Origin: Elusimicrobiota bacterium
Lineage (GTDB): Bacteria; Elusimicrobiota; Elusimicrobia; UBA1565; UBA9628
DNA: 64,000 bases
Direction of reading: 5' to 3'
Assembly: GCA_023213235.1 (NCBI GenBank)
Contig: CP096137.1
Coordinates: 71,587-135,586, forward strand
A program made the position numbers and the translations under genes. Each line of letters opens with the position of its first letter. Within the stretch, counting starts at the first letter, position 1. Below the pieces are notes generated by a model. The model was not told the DNA's origin. It saw only the letters and a program-made list of their open reading frames with translations, and made no database searches. Below are positions 39,301 through 49,856 of the stretch, one piece after another.

Positions 39301-41998
39301 GCGCGCCGTCCGACTTCCAGCCGATCAGGTACGGCCGCGGCGAGACGAGCACGGCGGCTCGCGCGACGACGCCGCGCCCGCCTTCGGCCTCGTAGCCCTC
39401 GGCCGTCAGCTCGAGGCGGTAGGTGCCCTCGGCGAAGCGCTCGAGCGGCATGTCGAAGGAGGCGGAGCCGTCCGCGTCGGTCGTCGCGTCGTCGAGCGCC
39501 TCGGAAAAGCTCTTCTTCGCCTCGAGCGGATCGTGGAACGACCAGTCCGCGAAGTCCTTGAACCGCGGCGCCGCCGGCGTCAGGCGGATTCCCGCGGCGA
39601 CGCGCCGGTTCTCGGCCGGCGTGCCGAACAGGTTGCGCAGGCTGACGGAGGCCTTCAGTTCCTTCGGCGAGACCCAGCCGCCGCCTTCGGCTTCTTCCCT
39701 CGAGAAGCGGGCGTCGATCCGAAGGCGGTCGGGGAGAAATTCCTCGACGCGCGCCGAGGTCGAGCCGAGCAGGTGCGCGCGGCGGCCGTCCTTGACGAGA
39801 TAGACGGAGACCGAGTAGCTCCCGGTCGGGCCGTTCTCCTGCGTCCGGTACTCGACGGCCTCGAAGGCGGCCGACGACAGCGCGAGCTTGAACTTCTTGA
39901 CCTCCATGCCGCGCGGGTCGTGCACCGAGACCTCGACCGGCACGCCGGCCAGGTCCTGGCCCCACACCATCGGGCGCACGAAGAAGCCGACGTGAAACGT
40001 CTCGCCGGGCCGGTAGATGCCTCGATCGGTGAACGCGTACGCCGACAGTTCGCGCTCGCGGCCCTGCGTCGTCTCCCCGCCGACGTCGAAGCGCGAGACG
40101 TCGAGGCGGCGGTCATCGCGGTCGAACGGAAGGAAGGCGAGGTCCTCGTCTTTGCGCACGACGACGGCGGTCGGCCGCCTCTCGCGCGTGTAGCCCGTGA
40201 AGTCGGGCAGCCGCGCCCGCCCGGCGCCGTCGGTGAAGGCGCTGGCGACCGGCACCCCGTTGAGGCCGACGGCCTCGACGCGCGCGCCGGCCACGGGCGA
40301 GCCGTCGGCCAGCGACTGCACGAACACGTCGCGCGTCCGATCGGCGTTCTCCTTGATCAGCACGCCGAGGTCGGTGATCAGGAGGAAGCGCGTGTCGGCG
40401 CCGCACGTCGCGCGGTTGTTCTTGATGTCCCAGCCCTCGGCGCGCAGGAAGAACAGGCCGTTGCGCGTCCCGGAGCCGGGGGCCTGCAGGCGCGGGGCGA
40501 AGTCGTAGGAGAAGAACTTCAGGCGGTCGGGCTCAACCTTTCCGAAGTCGCGCACCTCCTCGAAGCGCTCGGTGATGTTGTCCTGGCCGAACGACCAGCC
40601 CTGGAAGCGCGGATTCGAGAAGTCCCCGGCCGTCTGGCTGGCGAGGTCGTTGATCTCGCCCGGGCGCACGCGCCCGACCTCGAGGCGGACGGCGCTCTCG
40701 CCGAGAGAGTACAGCGACAGCTTCTTGTCGCCGGACAGGCGCAGCAGGGCGCCCTCGTGCAGGATCTTGATCTCGCGCGGGAACGCCGGCAGGGTCGTGA
40801 TCGCGTCGAACTCCTTGGCCTGCACGTAGCCTCCGTACGCGACGAGGCCGCGCGGGATGCGCGCGTAGAGCCTGCGTCCCTGCGGCGCGCGCAGCTTGAA
40901 CGTGTGCACCGCGGGATGTTCGCGCTCCGCGGGGACCGGCGTGAGCGCCACGGGCGTCGAGAGCGCGATGACCTCCTTGCCGACCTCGGCGGGATCGCGC
41001 CAGCCGTAGTTCTTCACGGCCTCCTGGCGACCGATCTTCGGCTTGTCCAGGGGCAGCAGCCAGACCTTCAGCGCGGCGGCGAGATTCTTCTCGGACACGC
41101 CGCCCGACGCGCGGATGATCAGCACCTGCTCGGGCTCGAGCCGCTCGTTGCGCACGAGCGCCGCGTCCGCCTCCTCCACGCGGAAGTAATCGTACATCCC
41201 GGGTACGCGCACGGAGGCGACGTGGTCCCCGCCGGTCGGCGGCCCGCCGCGCAGCGGCTTGATCCCGCGTCCGGCGCGGATCTCGAGCATATAGGGCTCG
41301 AGCGGGATGCCGAGCGGCTCGGAGACGACGTAGGCCTCGCCGTGAAACTTGTCGTAGGACACCGTGAAGCGGCGAAGCTTGTTTCCGCTGCCGATGATCC
41401 CGCGCTTATTGGGCCCCAGTTCGACGACGGTCAGCGCCTTCTCGAAGGAGTCCGTGTCGACGGCGTGGCTGAATTTGAAGGTCGCCGCGGCCCGCTTGAG
41501 GGACGGGTCCTTCGGGTCCACGTGGAACTCCGACGAGGCCAGCGACGCCGAGAACCCGGGCGTGCGGAAGGTTCCGGCGGCTTTCTCCGGACGCAGGTGC
41601 TTCGGGAAGAACGCGGGGGCGAAGCGGACCGTGTATTCGGCGCCCGCGGGCCAGTCCTCGGAGGGAGTGAAGGTCAGCTCCGAGTCGCCGGTCCACGTCC
41701 AGCCGCCTTGGATCCGCGGGGAGAGAACGACGCCCTTCTTGACCGGCTTGCCGATGTCCTCGAGCTTGGCGGCGGAGTCGTTGAACGTGATCCGCAGCGG
41801 GTCCGGACGCGCCCCGTCGACGAGCGCCGCGGACGCCGGCGACGACGGGTTCCAGGTGACGACGCGCGGCTTGGGTCGCGACGCGTCCCATTCGTGGAAC
41901 GCGACGATCGCCAGGAACAGGAAGAGGAGGCTCGCGAGCGAGCGGAACGGGCCGCGCGGTCCTTGGAACCAACGGCGCAGCCCGTCGAGCTTGTCCAT
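36349..41998 (-). CDS. Bacterial alpha-2-macroglobulin (thioester-containing, membrane-anchored), with two frame breaks near the 3' end: about 36541-36556 and the G6 run 36421-36426.
   Basis: ORF 35288..41998. N-terminal anchor is FRSLASLLFLFLAIVAF. Thioester motif is YPYGCTEQLISQ. The true C-terminus is recovered from two other frames: ..SGESEGRGADYEDVREDRVLFFGSAGGRALELDYKIKASSRGKFAVPP / AYAESMYDRSYSAFGAPGTIEVR*. Confidence 0.9.
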
Positions 41999-42087
41999 GT
42001 GGCGTCCCCCTTTCGGGATACGCCGGCGGCCCGGTTTAACTTACAGCCAAAAAAGGGGCGCGTGCCGGAGCTATCCTGCGTAGCCCG

Positions 42088-44742
42088 TTGGACGCGCGTC
42101 GAGAAATTGTATATTCGTTTAATTCGCGTCCCTGCGGCATGCGCCTAAGATCAAAAGCGACGCTGGCCTTTTTGCCCTTGGCGGCCGCTTTTATCGTCGT
42201 CGTCACGGTCGCGTCGCGGCGCGGCATCGAGGGCATCGTGCTCGAGGAGGCCGTCAGCCGCGTCCGTCCGCAGGCCGTCGAGCTGGCCGCGCGGTTGGCC
42301 CCGCATTTCGCCGCGCGCAGCGAGAGGTCGCTGCTGCCTCCGCTGCAGGCGGCGCAGTCGCAGACGGGCGCCGAGTTCGCGGCGGTGCTCGACGCCGCGG
42401 GACGCGTCCTCGCCCACACCAATGTCCTCGAGGTCGGCAAGATCGCGGACGCGTCGCCGCGGGCGGACGGCCCTCAGTCGGACTCCCAACGAGTTTCTGT
42501 CCGAGGCGTCGAGTGCCTGGTGCTGTACGTGCCGATTCGGGAGCCGTTGGGCGACTTACTGCTGGATTCCCGCCCGGGCCGGCGGTTGGGGGAGCTGCGC
42601 ATCGGCCTGCCGATCGCGCACTCGCTGAACTCCGCCCGCCGGATCGCGGACGTCGTCGCGGCGCTCGTCGCGCTTTTCTGCGTTCTTTCGCTTGCTGCGG
42701 CGCTCGGGGTGCTGCAGTGGCTGCTGGGGCCGGTCCGGCAGATGTCGGACGCCACGGTCCGGGTCGCGAGCGGGGACTACGAGGTCTTGGTCCCCGTCGA
42801 TACGAACGACGAGGTGGGCGAGCTCGCGGCCTCCTTCAATCGGATGAGCGCGACGCTCGCGCGGACGACGGTCTCGCGCGACCAGCTCGCGCGCGCTCTC
42901 GGAATCGCGAGCGCGACGATCGAGGCCTCCTCGGACGGCATCCTCGTCTACGACCTGGAAGGATCCGCCTTGACGCACAACCGCCGTTTTCTCGAGATGT
43001 GGGACCTCACGCCGGAGCTCGTCGCCCAGGGCCGCGCGGCGATGATGGCCCATGTGGTCGACCGCGCCGCGGATCCTCAGGCCTTCCGGGAGCGCGCCGA
43101 CGAATTGAGTCAACTGCTCGACCAGGAGCACGTCGATGAGATCCGCCTCAAGAGCGGCCGGGTCTTCGAGCGAACCGTGCGGCCGCTGCTGTTGAACGGA
43201 GCCGTCTTCGCGCGCGTGCTGAGGTTTCGAGACATGACCGCGATCAACGAAAGCGCTCAGGTGCTCGAGCGCGCGCGCGACGCGGCCGTCCAGGCCGCGC
43301 GAATCAAGTCGGAGTTTTTGGCGAATATGAGCCACGAGCTGAGGACGCCGCTGAACGCGGTCGTGGGTTCGGCGGAGCTCCTGCGCCATAGCGAGCTGTC
43401 GCCGGACCAGCGCGAGCGGGTCGAGGTCGTGTCGAAGTCCGCCGGCGCGCTCCTCGATCTGGTCAACGGGGTCCTGGACTTCTCCAAGATCGAGGCGGGT
43501 CGCATGACGGCCGAGCGCATCCCGTTCCGTCTCCGGGAGCTGCTCGAGAACGCCGCGACGATCGCCCGCTCGCGCGCCGCCGAGAAAGACCTTGAGCTCG
43601 CGTGCGATCTCGTCGTGGACGCCGGCGAGGTCCTCCTCGGAGATCCCCTGCGCCTGCGTCAGATCCTGCTGAACCTGCTCGACAACGCGGTCAAGTTCAC
43701 CGAAACGGGCCATGTCCGGCTCGGCGCGAAGCTCGCGGAGGTCGAAAAAGGCGTCCTCCTCGAGATCGCCGTCGAGGACAGCGGCATCGGGATCGATCCC
43801 GAGGCGCTGCCCCGCCTCTTCACCGCGTTCACCCAGGCCGACAGCTCGACGACGCGGCGCTACGGCGGCACCGGGCTCGGGCTGACGATCAGCAAGAGCC
43901 TCGTGGAGCTGCTCGGCGGGAGCATCGGCGCCGAGAGCGCTTTGGGCGTCGGCTCGACCTTCCGGCTCCGCATTCCGTTCGAGCGGGCGGGGCCGGGGAC
44001 CGTTCCGGGAGGCGTACCGTCGCGCGCGGGGGCCGCCGCCCGCCGCGACCGGCAGCGCGTGCTCGTCGTCGAGGACAACGCGATCAACCGGAATCTGCTG
44101 CTGATGCAGATCGAGAAGCTCGGGCGCCCGGTCGCGGCGGTCTCGGACGGAGCCGCCTTCCTCGAGGCTCTGGGGCGCGAGGACTACGGCATGGTGCTCA
44201 TGGACTGCCAGATGCCGGGGCTGGACGGCTATGAGGCCACGCGGCGGGTGCGTGAGCGCGAAGGCGGCAAGAGGCGCGTCCCGATCGCCGCGTTCACGGC
44301 CCACGCGGGCGAAGCGGATAGGGCGATGTGCCTGGCCGCGGGCATGGACGACTACCTCGCCAAGCCCGCGACGCTCGAAGACTTGGCCGTGATCCTCGAT
44401 CGCTGGGACCGGCCGTTCGACGAGGTCGCCTTCCGCGCCTACGCCGGCCTGGCCGCTCCCGACCCCGCCGCGCTGCGCGCGCTCGTCGACGGATTCGTGC
44501 TCGACGCTTCCGCGCGGCTCGACAGGGCGCGCGCGGCGTACGCGTCCGGCGATCGCGCGTCGGCCGACGCGGAGGTTCATGCTCTCAAGGGCGCGGCGGC
44601 GTCGCTCGGCGCTCGGGGCCTGCGCGAGCTCTGCCGCCGGCTCGAGGCTTCCGCTTCCGGGACGGAGACGGGCCTTCTCTTGAGCCAAGCGGACGTCGAG
44701 CTCGACCGGATCCGCCGCGCCGTCCCCTCGATGCATGCGTAA
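42088..44742 (+). CDS. Hybrid sensor histidine kinase (TM-HAMP-PAS-HisKA-HATPase-REC-HPt).
   Basis: ORF 42088..44742 is intact. The start is TTG at 42088 or ATG at 42139. Motifs: FLANMSHELRTPLN (H-box), DSGIGI, GGTGLGLTISK, REC VLVVEDNAINR..VLMDCQMPGLDG, HPt HALKGAAASLG. Confidence 0.85.
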   Translation: MDARREIVYSFNSRPCGMRLRSKATLAFLPLAAAFIVVVTVASRRGIEGIVLEEAVSRVRPQAVELAARLAPHFAARSERSLLPPLQAAQSQTGAEFAAVLDAAGRVLAHTNVLEVGKIADASPRADGPQSDSQRVSVRGVECLVLYVPIREPLGDLLLDSRPGRRLGELRIGLPIAHSLNSARRIADVVAALVALFCVLSLAAALGVLQWLLGPVRQMSDATVRVASGDYEVLVPVDTNDEVGELAASFNRMSATLARTTVSRDQLARALGIASATIEASSDGILVYDLEGSALTHNRRFLEMWDLTPELVAQGRAAMMAHVVDRAADPQAFRERADELSQLLDQEHVDEIRLKSGRVFERTVRPLLLNGAVFARVLRFRDMTAINESAQVLERARDAAVQAARIKSEFLANMSHELRTPLNAVVGSAELLRHSELSPDQRERVEVVSKSAGALLDLVNGVLDFSKIEAGRMTAERIPFRLRELLENAATIARSRAAEKDLELACDLVVDAGEVLLGDPLRLRQILLNLLDNAVKFTETGHVRLGAKLAEVEKGVLLEIAVEDSGIGIDPEALPRLFTAFTQADSSTTRRYGGTGLGLTISKSLVELLGGSIGAESALGVGSTFRLRIPFERAGPGTVPGGVPSRAGAAARRDRQRVLVVEDNAINRNLLLMQIEKLGRPVAAVSDGAAFLEALGREDYGMVLMDCQMPGLDGYEATRRVREREGGKRRVPIAAFTAHAGEADRAMCLAAGMDDYLAKPATLEDLAVILDRWDRPFDEVAFRAYAGLAAPDPAALRALVDGFVLDASARLDRARAAYASGDRASADAEVHALKGAAASLGARGLRELCRRLEASASGTETGLLLSQADVELDRIRRAVPSMHA

Positions 44743-44749
44743 AGACCGC

Positions 44750-46669
44750 ATGAAGGTTCCCCGTCTCGCCGCCCTGCTCGTCCTGCTGGCCGCCTCCACG
44801 ACCGCGGCCGCGGAGCCGCCCTCCGGGGAGGCCGAGGCCTTCCGCTTCTTCGCGGAGGAAGGCCGCTCGTCGACGGCGCTGCGCCGCGTCGCGCCGACGC
44901 AGGGCTCTCCCGTGCCGGTCGACGTCGTCACCGCCGAGGAAATCCGCGCCTCGGGTGCCGTGAACCTCTGGGACCTGCTGCGCTTCCGCGTAGGCCTCGA
45001 CGTGATCGAGGGCCGCTCGAGTGCCGGCTCGAATCGAGCCGTGGTGTCCGTGCGCGGCATACCGCGCGACAACACGCACGAGCTCCTCGTGCTTCTCGAT
45101 GGACGCAGCCTGTACGATCCGCTCTCGGGCGTGACGCTTTGGGAGCGCATCCCGGTCCAGCTGCAGGATATCGAACGCATCGAGATCGTGCGTGGCCCCA
45201 ACGCCGCGCTGTACGGGTCCAACGCCGGGCTCGGCGTCATCAACATCATCACGCGCCGGCCGTCCGCGCGCGCGGCAGGAGATGTCTCTTTCCGCGGCGG
45301 CACGGGACGCCTGGCGGAGGGCTCGGTCGCGGCGGAGACGGCCCGGGAGCGCGCGGGCCTGCGGCTGAGCGCGACCTCGAGGACGCAGGCCGGCGCGCCC
45401 ACCGCCGCCGACCCGAAGACCGAAGGCCAAGACTTCTTGCGCGATCATACGGGCGGCTTGAGCGCCTGGATGAAGGCCGGAGAGAGCACGATCGAGCTGC
45501 TCGCCGGCGTCACGCGCAACGACTTCGGCAAGCCGATCGCCGGCAATCCGCAGGGCCACGTGTTCACGCACTTCCAGTACGCGCGACTCGAGCGCGCGAC
45601 CGGGCCGGACTCGAGCGTCGAGTTCAAGGTTTCCCGCAACGACGCGATCTCGATCGACACCCCGGGCCCGGCGGGCCTCGATACCTCCGCGCGCTTCTGG
45701 CAGTACGACGCGGAGGGCCTGCACACCGTGGTGTGGGGCAACGGGCGCATGCACACCACCTACGGCGCCGCGTGGCGCTATGCGGCGGCCTCCTCGAGCT
45801 ACCTCTTCGGCGCGAGCCCGCTGCAGACCAACCGCACCGTGCGCGGCTATCTGCACCAGTCGATCGAGATCCTGCCGACGCTCAGCATCATGGGCGGACT
45901 CAACCACGAGACCGCCAACGCGGGCGGCTATCACAAGGACTTTCAGACCGCCCTGCTCTGGGCTCCGGCGCCCGAGCACGCGCTGCGGCTCTCCTACGCG
46001 CGAGCGAACACGAAGCCCCAGCTGCTCCACCGCTACTCAAATTTCAACGCGAACGCGTTCGTGCACGTCGCGGGAAACCGAAACCTTTATCCCTCGCCGC
46101 TGACGAGCTATGAGGCGGGGTGGCGGGGCCTGTTCGCCGAAAGCGCAGTCCAGCTCGAGCTCACCGGCTTCTATACCGAGATCCGCGACCATATCAATCT
46201 CGACAGGACCTCCGGCCCCGCCCCGGTCAGCCTGACCTACGACAACACCAATACCGTGATCCTGCGAGGGCTCGAGGCCGCGCTGCGCTGGCGCTTCGCC
46301 CCCGGCCGCACGGTCTATGCGAATTATACTCAGGAGACCGTCGCCGACCAGGACGCGCACGCGATCTACCTGAACACGACTCCGCGCCACAAGACGAACG
46401 TCGGCTTCGACTGGGCGTTGCCGCTGCACTTGCGCGCGTCGATGAACGCCGGCTGGAAGGACGCCTACATGGCCGATTCCACGTCCGGCGCCGCGCAAGA
46501 GGCCGTGCCCGCGTTCTGGCGCCTGGACGCGCGCGTCTCGTGGTCCCCGGCCGCGTGGCTCGAGATATTCGTGGCGGGCCAGAATCTCGAGCAGCCCTAT
46601 CGACGGGAGTTCGTCGACGGCTTGGTCGTCCCGCGCCGGGTCCAGGCCGGCGCGGTGATGAGGTTCTGA
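44750..46669 (+). CDS. TonB-dependent outer-membrane receptor.
   Basis: Within ORF 44735..46669. Signal peptide is MKVPRLAALLVLLAASTTAAA. The plug region is ..VDVVTAEEIRASGAVNLWDLLR..IEIVRGPNAALYGSNA. The protein has a beta-barrel-like body and ends ..GAVMRF with a terminal aromatic residue. Confidence 0.85.
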   Translation: MKVPRLAALLVLLAASTTAAAEPPSGEAEAFRFFAEEGRSSTALRRVAPTQGSPVPVDVVTAEEIRASGAVNLWDLLRFRVGLDVIEGRSSAGSNRAVVSVRGIPRDNTHELLVLLDGRSLYDPLSGVTLWERIPVQLQDIERIEIVRGPNAALYGSNAGLGVINIITRRPSARAAGDVSFRGGTGRLAEGSVAAETARERAGLRLSATSRTQAGAPTAADPKTEGQDFLRDHTGGLSAWMKAGESTIELLAGVTRNDFGKPIAGNPQGHVFTHFQYARLERATGPDSSVEFKVSRNDAISIDTPGPAGLDTSARFWQYDAEGLHTVVWGNGRMHTTYGAAWRYAAASSSYLFGASPLQTNRTVRGYLHQSIEILPTLSIMGGLNHETANAGGYHKDFQTALLWAPAPEHALRLSYARANTKPQLLHRYSNFNANAFVHVAGNRNLYPSPLTSYEAGWRGLFAESAVQLELTGFYTEIRDHINLDRTSGPAPVSLTYDNTNTVILRGLEAALRWRFAPGRTVYANYTQETVADQDAHAIYLNTTPRHKTNVGFDWALPLHLRASMNAGWKDAYMADSTSGAAQEAVPAFWRLDARVSWSPAAWLEIFVAGQNLEQPYRREFVDGLVVPRRVQAGAVMRF

Positions 46670-47442
46670 TGAGCCTCGCCTTCGTCCTCCTCTTGGCCGC
46701 GGCGCCCTTGCCCGCGCGGGCCGCGAAAATCCTCGTGGTGGCGAGCGAGCCGATCTCGGTTTCGTCCGAAGAAGCGATCGAAGGGCTGCGGTCCGGATGC
46801 ACGGAGGCGATCACCGTCGTCTCCGCCGGACGGCCGCTCCCGCCGGGTCCGCACGGCGTGATCGTCGCGTTCGGCGGGCGCGCCGCGCGACGGGCGCGCG
46901 AGGGCGCGGCGCCGACGGTGGTCGCTCTGGCGCCCGCGTTCCGCGATGAAGGGCCGAGTCTCGTTCGCGTGGCGATGACCCCTTCACCCGAGCGCTTCAT
47001 CGAGCTCCTGCAGGCGGCGGGAGCGCGTCGCCTGCTCGCGGTCCGCGGGACGCCCGCGGATTCGGATTTCGTCCGGCGGGCGGCCATCGCGGGCAAGGCC
47101 GCCGGCATCGTGATCGACGACAGGCTTCTCTCGTCTCCGGACCGCCTTCCGGGCCTGCTGCGCCGCGTCGGTACGCTCGCCGACGCGGTCTGGCTCGCTC
47201 CCGATCCGGCCGCGGTGACGCCCGAGACCTACGGCGTGATCAGGGAGTTCTCCCGCGCGCGCTCGATCCCTTTCTTCGCTCCCACGGAGGGCCTCGTGGC
47301 CGACGGCATCCGCTCCGACCTGACGGTCTCCTTCCGCGAGTGCGGACGCGAGGCGGCGCGCGCCGCCGTAAATCTTCTCGCCGGCCGCTCCGTGCCGAAG
47401 GTCGTCTACGCGGACCCGCGCCTCGTCAGCGAGGCGCGGTAA
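46669..47442 (+). CDS. Secreted periplasmic-binding-protein-like protein (ABC_sub_bind-type fold suspected).
   Basis: ATG at 46669 overlaps the receptor stop (TGATG). MSLAFVLLLAAAPLPARAAKILVVAS.. Tail of ORF 46120..47442. The family call is tentative. Confidence 0.5.
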   Translation: MSLAFVLLLAAAPLPARAAKILVVASEPISVSSEEAIEGLRSGCTEAITVVSAGRPLPPGPHGVIVAFGGRAARRAREGAAPTVVALAPAFRDEGPSLVRVAMTPSPERFIELLQAAGARRLLAVRGTPADSDFVRRAAIAGKAAGIVIDDRLLSSPDRLPGLLRRVGTLADAVWLAPDPAAVTPETYGVIREFSRARSIPFFAPTEGLVADGIRSDLTVSFRECGREAARAAVNLLAGRSVPKVVYADPRLVSEAR

Positions 47443-48483
47443 GCCGGCCGAGGCGCCCGTCGTCCGTGCTGAAGTAGAGGAAGCCGTCGGGGCCGGAGCG
47501 CACCATCCGGAAGCGCCAGCCCCGGTCGTCGAGCAACGACTCCTGCGCGCCGGGCTTGCCGCCCTCGAAGGACACGCGCCGCAGTTCCGAGCCCGAGAGG
47601 CAGGCCAGGAACGCCGAGCCGCGCCACGCCGGGAACGCCTTGCCGTCGTAGAACGCGAGCCCCGAGGGAGAGATCGAGGGCACCCAATGGACGGCGGGCG
47701 GCTCCGTGCCCTCTTTGAGCGGCGGCGCGATCTTGGGTCCGTAGTACTCGCGCCCGTAGGTCGCGACGGGCCAGCCGTAGTTGGCGCCCTTCTTGACGAG
47801 GTTCAGCTCGTCGCCGCCGCGCGGGCCCATCTCGGCGTTCCACAACTCCTTCGTGCCGGGGCGCATCGCGAGGCCCTGAGGGTTGCGGTGGCCGAGGCTC
47901 CAGACCTCGGGCGGCGCGCCCGGGATGGCCGCGCCCGCGGGCTTTCCGTCGTGCGTCAGGCGCACGATCTTTCCGTTGTGGCGCGAGGGGTCCTGGGAAT
48001 CCTCGCGCCGGCCGCGCTCGCCGAGCGAGAGATACACGTGGGGACCGTCGAAGACGATGCGGGCGCCGAAGTGCTCGCCCCTGCCGCCGCCGGCGTTGGA
48101 CAGGAACAGGCGCTCGAAGCCCGCGAGCGCTCCGCCCTCGAGGCGCCCGCGGCCCAGCGCCGTCGCGGCCCCGTCCTCGACGGGGTGCGACCACGCGAGA
48201 TACACGAGCTTGTTCTTCGCAAAGTCCGGGTGCACCTTCACGTCGAGCAGGCCGCCCTGGCCGCGAGCCCAGACGGCGGGGGCGCCTGCGATCGCGACGG
48301 AGTCTCGCGTCTTCGGGTCCCAGGCGGCGAGCCGGCCCCGCGCTCGGTGAAGAGTATGCGCCCGTCGGGCAGGAAATCGAAGCCCCAGATGACGTCGGTC
48401 CGTTTGGCCAAGGTCTCGACCTCGAAGCGCGCGGACGGCGCCGCCTGCGCGGAGAGCGCGGCCGCGAGGAGCAGGGAGAGCAT
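47426..48483 (-). CDS. PQQ-dependent soluble sugar dehydrogenase (YliI/GDH-B-like beta-propeller), with a frame break at the run 48336-48339.
   Basis: MLSLLLAAALSAQAAP..DFLPDGRILFTERG (tail of ORF 48238..49041) joins ORF 47426..48241 (..GHRNPQGLA..GPRGGDELNLVKKGANYGWP..). Confidence 0.8.
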
Positions 48484-49202
48484 CAGCGCTTCGGCGGCGC
48501 CGGCGCCTTCGGAGCGGGAGGCGTCAGCTTCGCGGCGGCGATCCAGTCGAGCACGCGCTTGCGGGTGCCGGCGTCGGCGAGCATGCGCACCCCGTGCCCG
48601 GTGGGCGCGTAGTGGACGGCGGCGGTCTTCTCCGCCTCGGCGCGGCGCGCGGCCATGTAGGCGTAGCCGTCGTCGGGGGCGGCGGCGACGAGCGCGGGCA
48701 GCCCCTTGCGAAAGGACATCGGCACGCCGCGGTAGTTCTCGGCGGGCGACAGCATGAGGACGAAGGGCGCGGACTTGCGCTCGACGGCGACGGCCGCGGC
48801 CAGGTTCGCGCCGATCGAGGCGCCGCCGAAGGCGATGCGCCAGTCCGGGACGCCCTTTCTGCTCAGCCAGGCGGCCGCCGCGCGCAGGTCCTCGGCGGAG
48901 CCGGGCCAGGAGCCCGTCGCGTCGAACCCGGCCCAGCCCGTCGAGCCCGGAGGACCCGAGAGGCTGCCGGCGTGGCCGCGCAGGTCGACGGCGAGCGTGC
49001 CGATCCCGCGGCGCGCGAGGTCCTCGGCGAGGCCGTTCCACTCGTCGCCCGCGCTCCCGACCCCGTGGGCGAGCACGACGACCGCCTTGCCGGAGGCCGC
49101 GGGACGGTACTTGGCCTGGATCGTCCAGCCGTCCTTCGTCGCGAACGAGACGGCCTGCGCGGCCGCGAGCGCGACGGCGGCCGCCGCGGCGGCTACCGGC
49201 AT
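48483..49202 (-). CDS. Alpha/beta-fold hydrolase.
   Basis: Tail of ORF 48483..49760: MPVAAAAAAVALAAAQA..VVVLAHGVGS..IAFGGASIGAN (GxSxG)..TGHG. Confidence 0.7.
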   Translation of the reverse strand: MPVAAAAAAVALAAAQAVSFATKDGWTIQAKYRPAASGKAVVVLAHGVGSAGDEWNGLAEDLARRGIGTLAVDLRGHAGSLSGPPGSTGWAGFDATGSWPGSAEDLRAAAAWLSRKGVPDWRIAFGGASIGANLAAAVAVERKSAPFVLMLSPAENYRGVPMSFRKGLPALVAAAPDDGYAYMAARRAEAEKTAAVHYAPTGHGVRMLADAGTRKRVLDWIAAAKLTPPAPKAPAPPKR

Positions 49203-49837
49203 CGCATCGCGAGCTCGTAGCCCGCGTTGTAGACGGAGAAGACGGAGTCCTGCACGCGCACGACGGAGCGCATGAGCTCCTCGGTCTTGTGCGTGAAGTG
49301 CTTGTCGTTGGCCCACTTGTTCTCGCCGACGACGCCGCGCACGGAGGTCGTGTCGAGGTAGAGCGCGTTGAGCGTGAGCTGGAGCTGCTGGACCTGGCCG
49401 AGGATCAGAAGGCCGGCCTGGTACATCTCGGGATCCGGCAGCGCCTGCGACTGCGCGATGCGCTGGCGCGCCGTCAGATAGTAAAGGTTCTGTCGCACCT
49501 GGTCGCAGCCGGTCGTCAGGGTCTCGAAGTTGTTGAGGATCGTGTCCAGGCTCGGCTGGGGATCGGGCTGGGCGTAGGCGTAGCGCAGGTTGTCGCCCTG
49601 CGCCTTGACGTACTGATGGATCTGCCCGAGGTTGGCCACCTGCTGGGCGACCTGCCCGGCGATGGCCTTCATCACCGGGATCATCATCGGGTCGCTCTGC
49701 TGGCGGGCGAGCCGGTCGCGCGCGGTCAGCAGGGCGTCCCAGAAGAAGCGCTCCTGCCACAGCGTCGGGGCCTGGTCGATGGCGGCCGCCGGAAGGGCCG
49801 TGCCGGCCAGGAAGAGGACGAGGAGCGCGCGCCGCAT
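49193..49837 (-). CDS. Hypothetical secreted protein (214 aa).
   Basis: ORF 49193..49837. Signal peptide is MRRALLVLFLAGTALPAAA. TATACT (49849-49844) lies 6 nt upstream of the ATG. Confidence 0.55.
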   Translation of the reverse strand: MRRALLVLFLAGTALPAAAIDQAPTLWQERFFWDALLTARDRLARQQSDPMMIPVMKAIAGQVAQQVANLGQIHQYVKAQGDNLRYAYAQPDPQPSLDTILNNFETLTTGCDQVRQNLYYLTARQRIAQSQALPDPEMYQAGLLILGQVQQLQLTLNALYLDTTSVRGVVGENKWANDKHFTHKTEELMRSVVRVQDSVFSVYNAGYELAMRCR

Positions 49838-49856
49838 TCCTTTAGTATACCCGATC

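Noticed and set aside
35288-41998. A single 2236-aa ORF that looks like a novel alpha-2-macroglobulin-PBP1C fusion protein.
   Set aside because: The conserved macroglobulin C-terminus (..GADYEDVREDRVLFFG..KFAVPP / AYAESMYDRSYSAFGAPGTIEVR*) is found in the other two frames after homopolymer-type breaks. A normal TGA/ATG overlap (36349-36352) then separates the two genes. The fusion is a read-through artefact.
42040-42062. The A6G4 tract (ccaaaaaaggggcgcg) as the tail of a minus-strand intrinsic terminator.
   Set aside because: No convincing upstream stem is present (at best 6 bp with a 27-nt loop), and no minus-strand gene ends there. It lies in the 5' region of the alpha-2-macroglobulin gene.
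36629-42148. An 1839-aa plus-strand ORF antisense to the alpha-2-macroglobulin gene. Similar cases are 42556..45402 (-) and 53892..56609 (-).
   Set aside because: The reasoning is the same: stop-codon-poor antisense frames of GC-rich genes, with no recognisable domains.
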